Of a DNA stretch of 32,000 nucleotides, positions 1 through 7,272 are shown piece by piece. Both the position numbers and the translations under genes were made by a program. The notes under the pieces are model-generated. The model made no database searches. It was not told the origin of the DNA and saw only the letters and a program-made list of their open reading frames with translations. The stretch comes from Edaphobacter aggregans (GTDB taxonomy: Bacteria > Acidobacteriota > Terriglobia > Terriglobales > Acidobacteriaceae): NCBI RefSeq assembly GCF_003945235.1, contig NZ_RSDW01000001.1, forward strand, positions 3,240,001 to 3,272,000. Reading direction: 5' to 3'. Numbering within the stretch: the first letter of the stretch is position 1; each line of letters starts with the position of its first letter.

Positions 1-141
1 CAGATAAAGGCCCGGAAACGTGCGAAATTCTACCACCCGCAAGGCAACACTCGTCGGCTGCACCCCGCACACCGGTCGACCACACCACCCGCATCTAAAG
101 CATCAAACCTGAAATACCGGGCCAAAAAGGAGAGATGTCGC

Positions 142-1014
142 ATGTACGCAGTCATGGGAATCACCGGGCAAGTAGGATCAGCCGTCGCCGACAACCTCCT
201 CGCCCACGGCAAGCAGGTTCGCGCCATCGTCCGCAACCCCGAAAAAGCCGCCACTTGGAAATCCCGCGGTGTCGAGCTAGCCATAGCCGACTACGACAAC
301 CCCACCGCGCTCGAAGCCGCCTTCCGCAACGTCGAAGCCGCCTTCGTCATGATCCCGCCCTACTTCGCCCCCTCACCCGACCTCCGCGAACCCCTCGCCA
401 CCATCGCCGCCATCCGCACCGCGCTCGACCGCGCCCGCCCCGCCAAGGCCGTCTATCTCTCCTCCATCGGAGCCCAGCAAACCAGCGGCATCGGCCTCAT
501 TACCGTCCTGCACATCCTCGAAGAGCAGTTCGGCTCACTGCTCATCCCCGGAGCCTTCCTCCGCGCCGGCTGGTTCATGGAAAACTGCCTCTGGGACGTA
601 GCCCCCGCACGCGAGCAGGGGAAACTCTTCTCCTACCTCCAGCCCCTCGACCATAAATTCCCCCTCGTCGCCACCGCAGACATCGGCCGGGTAGGCGCGG
701 AAGCCCTCCTCCAAACCTGGCAAGGCAATCGCTACATCGAAGTCGCTGGCCCCGCCCGCTACTCACCCCGGGACATCGCCGCCGCCTTCACCGCCGCCCT
801 CAACCGCAATGTCGAAGCAGTAGCCGTCCCCCGGGACACATGGGAAAGCAACTTCATCTCCCAGGGCACGCCCGAAGACCGCACACCACGACGCATCGAG
901 ATGATCGACGCCTTCAACTCCGGCTGGATCGACTTTCCCGCCCCCGGAACCGAACACATCCAAGGCACCACCACTCTGAAAACAGTCATCGACCAGCTAG
1001 TAGCAAACAACTAA
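142..1014 (+). CDS. NmrA-family NAD(P)-binding protein (atypical SDR)
   Basis: 290-aa ORF. N-terminal Rossmann glycine motif MGITGQVGSAV followed by VRAIVRNPEK is typical of NmrA-like proteins. AAGGAG at 127-132 lies 9 nt before ATG 142. Confidence 0.85.
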   Translation: MYAVMGITGQVGSAVADNLLAHGKQVRAIVRNPEKAATWKSRGVELAIADYDNPTALEAAFRNVEAAFVMIPPYFAPSPDLREPLATIAAIRTALDRARPAKAVYLSSIGAQQTSGIGLITVLHILEEQFGSLLIPGAFLRAGWFMENCLWDVAPAREQGKLFSYLQPLDHKFPLVATADIGRVGAEALLQTWQGNRYIEVAGPARYSPRDIAAAFTAALNRNVEAVAVPRDTWESNFISQGTPEDRTPRRIEMIDAFNSGWIDFPAPGTEHIQGTTTLKTVIDQLVANN

Positions 1015-1037
1015 CCAGCCTTCAGGCAGAAGGCTGG
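1015..1037. terminator. 9-bp stem-loop spanning both stop codons of the convergent NmrA and encapsulin genes
   Basis: CCAGCCTTC (1015-1023) pairs with GAAGGCTGG (1029-1037) around a 5-nt loop. On the minus strand it is followed by TTAGTTGTTT. There is no clean U-run on the plus strand. Confidence 0.45.
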
Positions 1038-1837
1038 GTGGCTCTAGAGAGTGCAACCGACGCCTCACTCGTCAACACGCGGAACGTGAATGTCTCCTGC
1101 AGATACAGCCGAACCATACTATCCGTGTGGCTCAGATAGCCAATCGACACATCCTGCCCAATATTGAGCTCGAAATCGCCACCGCGCGTAGTCAGCACAA
1201 ACGCCCCATCGATAGCAGGAGCCCAAATAATATCGCCGTCGACGATGCGTTTAACGTGCTCCAGTATGGGATACCCGTGATCGCGAGTCTCTGCCAGCTC
1301 CGTATATTCATTCGCACCCAGCAGAACCGAATAAGGCCCATTCACACCCACTAGCCGCAACTGGCTCAACGCCCGTGCCACAGCATCCGGATAGTCGCGC
1401 ACATCCGTTGGCAGCGGCATGATCGGATTGCTCGTACCTTCCCGAATGCCCTGAATATTCGCCGCGCCGTAACCATCAAAGATGGCCCTGTCCTCAGCGA
1501 AGGCAATCTTCTTGGCAGCATCCTTCGCAGGCTGCCAGTCGGAGTCATCCGAGCCGCGCTCCACATCATCAATCGCCTGACGAGTGAGTTCAAAAGGAAC
1601 CCGCAGTTCTACCAGAGGCTTCACCTCACGCTGGTTGGCAACGATGTCCGCAGCTGGCGGCGAGATCGTCAATAAATGTCCCGTGGCAACTCCCGGCAGA
1701 TCAATTCCACTCGGGGACGGCACATCGACCACGCGTCGGCCCGCGAGATAGCGCTTCAGCGTCCGCGTCGTCTCCTCTTCGATCTGCGCCCAAGCGGCGT
1801 CCGAAATCGGTGCCAAATCCCGATGAAGATTATTCAT
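1022..1837 (-). CDS. Family-1 encapsulin shell protein (linocin M18 / Cfp29-like, HK97 fold)
   Basis: 271 aa. MNNLHRDLAP...AWAQIEEE N-terminus and DGDIIWAPAIDGAFVLTTRGGDF...LYLQETFTF closely resemble actinobacterial T=1 encapsulins as I recall them. It lies directly downstream of, and overlaps, a DyP cargo gene. Confidence 0.95.
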   Translation of the reverse strand: MNNLHRDLAPISDAAWAQIEEETTRTLKRYLAGRRVVDVPSPSGIDLPGVATGHLLTISPPAADIVANQREVKPLVELRVPFELTRQAIDDVERGSDDSDWQPAKDAAKKIAFAEDRAIFDGYGAANIQGIREGTSNPIMPLPTDVRDYPDAVARALSQLRLVGVNGPYSVLLGANEYTELAETRDHGYPILEHVKRIVDGDIIWAPAIDGAFVLTTRGGDFELNIGQDVSIGYLSHTDSMVRLYLQETFTFRVLTSEASVALSRATQPSA

Positions 1838-2915
1838 GTTTAACTCCTTTGAGCGATCCTATTCCAAGTGATGTGTCCCGCATGGATGATGCAGGTGAAG
1901 CGTCGGATGATGCGGGCGACTCGTCGGAAGGAGCAGCCAGAGCATCGATTGCCGCAGGCTCTGCATCCCCAACGTCTTCAAGAAACGTCGCAGACGGCGC
2001 GAAGAACAGGCTTCCTGTCACTGGGCGGCTAAAGTCCAGCAATCGGTCATAGTTGCCCTTCGGACGACCGACAAACATGTTCTCAAGCATCAACTCCGTG
2101 GGACGTGGAGAGCGGCTGTACCCGATGAAGTACGTACCAAACTCGCCGTGACCCGGCCGTCCGAAGGGCATGTTGTCCCTCAGAATCTTGACCTCTTTCC
2201 CGTTCTCGACGATGACGGTCAGTGCACTATGCGCGTTCGTAGGCTTGACGGAGTCATCCAGCTCAACGTCCGACAGCTTCTTCCGGCCGATAATCTTCTC
2301 CTGTGCTTCAACGGAAAGAGCGTTCCAGCTCTTCATATCGTGAAGATACTTCTGGACAAGCACGTAGCTGCCGCCCGCAAACGAAGAATCTTCCTCTCCC
2401 ACCAACGCCGCTTCTAAAGCGAGCGCCCCTCTCGGATTTTCCGTGCCGTCGACGAAACCAATCAGATCGCGGTCCTCAAAAAACCGGAACCCCTGCACCT
2501 CGTCCACAGTAGAGACGGCGTCACCAATGCGTTCCATGATCTGCGTCACCAGCTCGAAGCAGAGATCCATTCGCCTCGCGCGCACATGAAACAGCACGTC
2601 GCCGGGAGTGGCGACCGCATGCCTTCCACCCGACCGAATCTCACGAAAGGGATGAAGCTCGGCTGGCCGCGGATTACCGAACAGCCTGTCCCAGGCCTCC
2701 GATCCGAATGCCGCAACGCAAGTCAGCCCCGCTTCAAGGTCGCGGAACTCCACAGCACGAATAAGCCCCGCAAGGTCGCCGCATAGCGAGCGAACGGTTG
2801 CGTAGCTCTCACGGTCTGGCTTAATACACACGACTATGAAGATCGCCGCGCGGGTAAGTGGCGCGAGGATTGGCTGTGGAAGAGGAACCTCCTCGGGCCC
2901 ATCAGGTGCAATCAT
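1830..2915 (-). CDS. Dye-decolorizing (DyP-type) peroxidase with C-terminal encapsulin cargo-loading peptide
   Basis: 361 aa. DyP GxxDG motif (IGFVDGTENP). A long A/P/S/D-rich C-terminal linker ends in SLGIGSLKGVKHE. There is an 8-nt overlap with the encapsulin start. Confidence 0.95.
   Translation of the reverse strand: MIAPDGPEEVPLPQPILAPLTRAAIFIVVCIKPDRESYATVRSLCGDLAGLIRAVEFRDLEAGLTCVAAFGSEAWDRLFGNPRPAELHPFREIRSGGRHAVATPGDVLFHVRARRMDLCFELVTQIMERIGDAVSTVDEVQGFRFFEDRDLIGFVDGTENPRGALALEAALVGEEDSSFAGGSYVLVQKYLHDMKSWNALSVEAQEKIIGRKKLSDVELDDSVKPTNAHSALTVIVENGKEVKILRDNMPFGRPGHGEFGTYFIGYSRSPRPTELMLENMFVGRPKGNYDRLLDFSRPVTGSLFFAPSATFLEDVGDAEPAAIDALAAPSDESPASSDASPASSMRDTSLGIGSLKGVKHE
1845..1871 (-). 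other. Cargo-loading (targeting) peptide coding segment SLGIGSLKG
   Basis: The reverse complement reads TCA CTT GGA ATA GGA TCG CTC AAA GGA. The AAAGGAG formed by its last codons sits 6 nt upstream of the encapsulin ATG (1837) and serves as its Shine-Dalgarno. Confidence 0.85.
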
Positions 2916-3318
2916 GCAATTTGCCTCAATTCGTTCCGACCTTCATTCATCCGGACTGCTCAAGCTCTGTCGACCGTCTTTTGCGCTCGTCAAGATTACA
3001 AAAGATAAGTGCTAGTTGTGCCGATAGCCATAGACCAACTTCCCAGTTGCATACAAAACCAGTGACCATACCGAGCCGACTCTGGAAAAGGTCATGCCTG
3101 AATAGAAATGCACCTGTCACCATCAGCCAGCCAACAGTTGCCAATTTATTCCAGGCGTCTCGTGTTCACATATCTTTACGACTTTACCAAACCCAAATGA
3201 TAGCTGTGTCATTGCAGCGGAACTGAAGACTTCACGAACAGAGAAGGTAAGTGAGGTGGGCGCAATCGCCATCAAAAGCATTGCGCTCCGCACCAGCGGC
3301 TCGCCCTCTACATGTCTT

Positions 3319-3609
3319 TTAGGTTCGCAACTTACAAAGAGATTCAGCAGCTGGACGAGAGCGCTCGGGCTGACTCGTGAAACCCATCCGTTCAGTCGCA
3401 ACCCAATCAAGATAATCGATCACTATCTCCAGATTCGATCCATTTCGAATCAGAGCCTTCAGCTTGGGGATGTACGAGTCGTATTCGTCCGTCGCATTCG
3501 GTTCCCCGCAGACTCCTATTGGATCCCACTCTTCCATGAGCACAGCGCGCACCCGAAGCCACAAATCGTCCCGTAGTTCGTCGCCCTCGACATAGTGAGA
3601 CAGAGGCAT
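3319..3609 (-). CDS. Small acidic hypothetical protein (96 aa), translationally coupled to lipA
   Basis: ATG at 3609 lies 1 nt after the lipA stop (TAG G ATG). The sequence is protein-like: MPLSHYVEGDELRDDLW...EEWDPIGVCGEPNATDEYDSYIPKLKALI. The longer ORF-track version (to 3711) overlaps lipA and is discounted. Confidence 0.55.
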   Translation of the reverse strand: MPLSHYVEGDELRDDLWLRVRAVLMEEWDPIGVCGEPNATDEYDSYIPKLKALIRNGSNLEIVIDYLDWVATERMGFTSQPERSRPAAESLCKLRT

Positions 3610-3610
3610 C

Positions 3611-4546
3611 CTACGCCAACCCCGTCGACTCCGCCTGCTCCTGAGCATGATAGCTACTTCGCACCAGCGGCCCACTCTCCACATGCTTGAACCCCATCCC
3701 CAGAGCCTCATGCTTCAAAAACGCAAACTCATCCGGTGTGTAATACCGAGCCATCGGCAGATGATCCCGTGACGGGCGCAGATACTGCCCAATCGTCAAA
3801 ATATCCACCCGCCGATCCGCCAGATCGCGAAACACCGAAAGCAGCTCGTGCATCTCCTCGCCCATCCCCACAATGATGCCCGTCTTCGTTACAATCTGAT
3901 CGCCATCCCGGTCCGAGAACATCTCCGCAGCAATCTCTTTCGCGTGTTCTAAAAATCGCAGAGACCGCTCATACCGCCCACCCGACTTCGCCACGCGATA
4001 AAGCCGAGGCACCGTCTCGATATTGTGATTCAGAATCTCCGGCCGCGCCGCCACCACCATCCTCAGCGACTCCTCGTTCCCCTGAAAGTCCGGCGTCAAA
4101 ATCTCCACCCTGCACCCCGGAGCCTGCAGCCGAATCTCCTCGATCACGTTCACAAACGCCCGCGCAGCGCCCACATTATCGTCATCCCGATTCACGCTGG
4201 TAATCACAGCATGAGCCAACCCAAGCTGCGCCACCGCATAAGCCACCCGTCGAGGCTCATCAAAATCAATCGGCTCCGGCTTGCCCTTCGGCACCGCACA
4301 AAACCCACACCGCCGCGTGCAAAGATTCCCCAGCATCATGAACGTAGCCGACTTCTGGTTCCAGCACTCCCCAATATTCGGACACTGCGCGCTCTCGCAA
4401 ACCGTATGCAGATTCAGCTCACGAGCCATCTTCTTCAAATTGTGGAAGGTCTCGCCCATCGGAGCCTTCGCCTTCAGCCACGCCGGTTTAGGCGCAGGCT
4501 TACGCGGCGACAGGTCAATCTGCACAAGCTCAGCCGTAGGAGTCAT
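3611..4546 (-). CDS. lipA: Lipoyl synthase
   Basis: 311 aa. Auxiliary-cluster motif CESAQCPNIGECW and radical-SAM motif CTRRCGFC are present, and the whole length is LipA-like. Confidence 0.97.
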   Translation of the reverse strand: MTPTAELVQIDLSPRKPAPKPAWLKAKAPMGETFHNLKKMARELNLHTVCESAQCPNIGECWNQKSATFMMLGNLCTRRCGFCAVPKGKPEPIDFDEPRRVAYAVAQLGLAHAVITSVNRDDDNVGAARAFVNVIEEIRLQAPGCRVEILTPDFQGNEESLRMVVAARPEILNHNIETVPRLYRVAKSGGRYERSLRFLEHAKEIAAEMFSDRDGDQIVTKTGIIVGMGEEMHELLSVFRDLADRRVDILTIGQYLRPSRDHLPMARYYTPDEFAFLKHEALGMGFKHVESGPLVRSSYHAQEQAESTGLA

Positions 4547-4595
4547 CCCTTCGATTGTACCGTCCCCGCTCCAACCGCCGCTGTTCTTACCTTTG

Positions 4596-4644
4596 TGCTC
4601 ATAATCCCCGAAGGAGATCAGCCGTTGCCTTTACCGTAGCCGTT
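4596..4644. repeat. Degenerate single copy of the hairpin-core / GTTGCN repeat family (family 1)
   Basis: tgctcataATCCCCGAAGGAGATCagccgttgcctttaccgtagccgtt aligns with the canonical ttgtcaTCCCCGAAGGGGACCtgctgttgc... units at 6.9-7.1 kb and 8.3 kb. It lies in the lipA/PQQ-dehydrogenase divergent spacer. Confidence 0.5.
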
Positions 4645-4717
4645 TCTTTTGATCCCCTCCCGCCTGTACGATGGACCTCCAGAGAAATCGAGCCGGAAAC
4701 TGAGAGGGGCCGAGCAA

Positions 4718-6877
4718 GTGAAGCGAACGCGGAGCACTCCCACCCTATCCTGCATCACGGCCCTGGCTGCGCTCACCTTCTTCCCCATCCAAACCAAACC
4801 CCAAACCCCCAAAAACACCGACTGGCCCATCAACACCGGCCGCCCCACCGGCGACCACTACTCTCCCCTCACCCAGATCAACCGCGCCAACGTCAACCGT
4901 CTCAAAGTAGCCTGGCAGTTCGACACCGGCGAGCGCGGCACCATCCAAACCGCCCCCATCATCGTCGACTCCGTCCTCTACGCCGCCACTCCCTCACAAA
5001 AAATCTTCGCCCTCGACGCCGCCACCGGCCGCGAGCTCTGGCGCTTCGACTCCGGCATCAAAGGAACCCAACCCCTCCGCGGCGTCTCCTACTGGAGCGA
5101 CTCCGGCAAAGGCCGCATCCTCGCCGGCATTATGGACCACCTCTACCAGCTCGACGCCGCCACCGGCAAACCCATCCCCACCTTCGGCGACCACGGCAAC
5201 ATCGACCTCCGCAACGACCTCGACGCCGACGACCCCACCCAGCTCTCCGTTGCCCTCACCAGCCCCGGCGTCATCTACGACGACCTCATCATCATCGGCT
5301 TCCGCGCACCCGAAACCCACCCCGCCCCCCACGGCGACATCCGCGCCTACGACCTCCATACCGGCAAACTCCGCTGGTCCTTCCACACCATCCCCCACCC
5401 CAGCGAGCAAGGCTACGAAACCTGGCCCCGCGGCGCCTGGCAAACCGCCGGAGCCGCCAACAACTGGGCTGGCATGTCCCTCGACACCACCCACGGCATC
5501 CTCTACGTCCCCACCGGCTCTGCAGTCGACGACTTCTACGGCGGCGACCGCCTCGGCAACGACCTCTACGCCAACACCCTCCTCGCCCTCGACGCCCACA
5601 CCGGCAAGCCCATCTGGCACTTCCAGGGCGTCCATCACGACATCTGGGACCGCGACTTTCCCTCCGCCCCCGTCCTCCTCACCGTCAAACGCGACGGCCA
5701 CTCCGTCGACGCCGTCGCCCAAACCTCCAAACAAGGCTTCGTCTTCCTCTTCGACCGCATCACCGGCCAACCCCTCTTTCCCATCGAAGAGAAGCCCTAC
5801 CCCCACAGCGACGTTCCCGGCGAAGCCAGCTCACCCACCCAACCCCTGCCGCTCAAACCCGCACCCTACGCCCGCCAGCTCCTCACCGCGGACATGCTCA
5901 CCAACCGCACCCCCGAAGCCCACGCCTGGGCCGCCAAGGAGTTCGCCACCTTCCGCAGCGAAGGCCAGTTCATCCCCTTCAACGCCCACGGCCAAACCGT
6001 CGTCCTCCCCGGCTTCGACGGTGGTGCCGAGTGGGGCGGTCCCGCAGTCGATCCCGCTACCAGCGTCATCTACGTCAACGCCAACGACATCGCATGGACC
6101 GGCGGCCTCGAAGAAAACAAGCCCACCTCCAGCCTCGGAGCCTCCGTCTACCAAAGCCAGTGCGCCGTCTGCCACGGCACCACCCGCGCAGGCTCCCCAC
6201 CCACCTTCCCCTCGCTCATCGACATCAACAAGCGCCTCTCCGACGCCGAAATCACCGCCATCATCCACGACGGCAAGGGCCGCATGCCCCCATCCCCCAC
6301 CGTCAAAGACGACCGCCTCAAGGCCGTCCTCGAATACCTCCACACCAGCACATCCGACCTACAGCAGCAAGCCGCGCAACAGCGCACCACCAACTCATCA
6401 CCCAGCAAAGAACTCCAAGCCGCACAACCCAACGAACTCCCCTACCGCTTCACCGGATACCGCCGTTTCGTCGACCCCGACGGCTACCCCGCCATCGCTC
6501 CACCCTGGGGAACCCTCAACGCCATCGACCTCAACACCGGCGAATACCTCTGGAAGATCCCCTTCGGCGAATACCCCGAGCTAGCCGCCGCAGGCATGCC
6601 CAACACCGGCACCGAAAACTACGGAGGCCCCATCATCACAGCCGGCGGAGTCCTCTTCATCGGAGCCACCATCTTCGACCGCAAGATGCACGCCTACGAC
6701 GCCCGAACCGGCAAGCTCCTATGGCAATACGAGATGCCCTACGCCGGCCTCGCGACTCCAGCCACGTACAGCGTCAACAACCGCCAATACGTAGTCATAG
6801 CCTCCGCCGGAGGCAAAGACCCCAAACACCCCCAGGGAGGCCTCTACATAGCCTTCGCCCTCCCAACAAAGCCCTGA
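4718..6877 (+). CDS. PQQ-dependent (quinoprotein) beta-propeller dehydrogenase with internal cytochrome c domain
   Basis: Propeller motifs recur: ALDAATGRELWRF, QLDAATGKPIPTF, AYDLHTGKLRWSF, ALDAHTGKPIWHF, AIDLNTGEYLWKI, AYDARTGKLLWQY. The heme motif CAVCH is at nt 6161-6175, with a downstream Met in GKGRMPP. I prefer GTG 4718 (GAGAGGGG 8 nt upstream, then signal-like KRTRSTPTLSCITALAALTFF) over the TTG at 4649 used by the ORF track. Confidence 0.9.
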   Translation: MKRTRSTPTLSCITALAALTFFPIQTKPQTPKNTDWPINTGRPTGDHYSPLTQINRANVNRLKVAWQFDTGERGTIQTAPIIVDSVLYAATPSQKIFALDAATGRELWRFDSGIKGTQPLRGVSYWSDSGKGRILAGIMDHLYQLDAATGKPIPTFGDHGNIDLRNDLDADDPTQLSVALTSPGVIYDDLIIIGFRAPETHPAPHGDIRAYDLHTGKLRWSFHTIPHPSEQGYETWPRGAWQTAGAANNWAGMSLDTTHGILYVPTGSAVDDFYGGDRLGNDLYANTLLALDAHTGKPIWHFQGVHHDIWDRDFPSAPVLLTVKRDGHSVDAVAQTSKQGFVFLFDRITGQPLFPIEEKPYPHSDVPGEASSPTQPLPLKPAPYARQLLTADMLTNRTPEAHAWAAKEFATFRSEGQFIPFNAHGQTVVLPGFDGGAEWGGPAVDPATSVIYVNANDIAWTGGLEENKPTSSLGASVYQSQCAVCHGTTRAGSPPTFPSLIDINKRLSDAEITAIIHDGKGRMPPSPTVKDDRLKAVLEYLHTSTSDLQQQAAQQRTTNSSPSKELQAAQPNELPYRFTGYRRFVDPDGYPAIAPPWGTLNAIDLNTGEYLWKIPFGEYPELAAAGMPNTGTENYGGPIITAGGVLFIGATIFDRKMHAYDARTGKLLWQYEMPYAGLATPATYSVNNRQYVVIASAGGKDPKHPQGGLYIAFALPTKP

Positions 6878-6888
6878 ACCCTATTCGG

Positions 6889-7135
6889 CCGTTGCCGCTC
6901 TCTTTGCAGTTGCCGTTGTTGCTGCCGTTGCAGTTGCCGTTGCAGTTGTTTTTCTTGCTTGTCATCCCCGAAGGGGACCTGCTGTTGCTGTTGCCGTTGC
7001 TTTTGTATTTGCAGTTGCAGTTGCTTTTCTTGCTTTGTCATCCCCGAAGGGGACCTGCTGTTGCCGTTGCTGTTGTTGCTGTTGTTCTTCTGGTTGTCAT
7101 CCCGCAGGGATCTGCTTCTGCCTTTTGCTCTTGCC
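6889..7135. repeat. Family-1 intergenic repeat array: three hairpin cores embedded in hexamer-periodic GTTGCN tracts
   Basis: The exact 23-mer GTCATCCCCGAAGGGGACCTGCT occurs at 6961-6983 and 7037-7059. A variant, GTCATCCCGCAGGGATCTGCT, starts at 7096. Each is preceded by TTTTCTTGCTT-like sequence and flanked by (GCAGTT/GCCGTT/GCTGTT)n. Core spacing is 76 and 59 nt. Confidence 0.85.
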
Positions 7136-7272
7136 ACTACCAAACCTCAAAATCCCCCACCAAGTTAACCGACTCGATTCCCACAACCGCATGAGGAAAA
7201 GTTCCTCCCAACCCCCCGTACACTCGGCTGAGCCAGGCCAGTCACTGGCCATATCCAGGCCGTGGGGATTTG

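Noticed and set aside
2947-3410. Short ORFs in the lower-GC spacer: 2947-3144 (-, 65 aa, TTG start) and 3123-3410 (-, 95 aa).
   Set aside because: They have no RBS, use a non-ATG start or overlap the better-supported 3319-3609 ORF, and match no motif I recognise. A decayed membrane-protein gene is possible but cannot be supported from the sequence alone.
3319-3711. The 130-aa version of the small ORF, which extends 100 nt into lipA.
   Set aside because: The N-terminal 34 residues (MRLWGWGSSMWRVGRW...) are translated from the lipA antisense-frame region and look non-protein-like. An internal ATG at 3609 directly follows the lipA stop.
6889-7135. Possible CRISPR array, given 23-27-nt repeats with 33-50-nt intervals.
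   Set aside because: There are only three cores. The spacers are the same low-complexity GTTGCN tracts rather than unique sequences. Further single copies are dispersed at 4.6 and 8.3 kb, and no cas genes are nearby.
6844-7143. Q/K/R-rich ORFs reading through the repeats on the minus strand (6844-7143 and 8236-8448, both containing VPFGDDKQE), and Cys/Leu-rich ORFs on the plus strand (6959-7168, 7035-7397, 8278-8538).
   Set aside because: Core spacings of 76 and 59 nt are not multiples of three. The same core is therefore read in different frames within one ORF (VPFGDDKQE versus SPSGMTKQE). The conservation is at the nucleotide level, not the protein level.
4555-7194. An 879-aa ORF, plus other long alternative-frame or antisense ORFs (5250-6584 +, 4994-5806 -, 19347-20780 -, 23807-24514 -, 29200-29802 -, 11783-12325 -).
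   Set aside because: They overlap well-supported genes (PQQ dehydrogenase, MFS, porin, prfA, folP). Their products are R/P/G/A/H-rich low-complexity strings without motifs. These are typical stop-codon-poor shadow frames of high-GC DNA.
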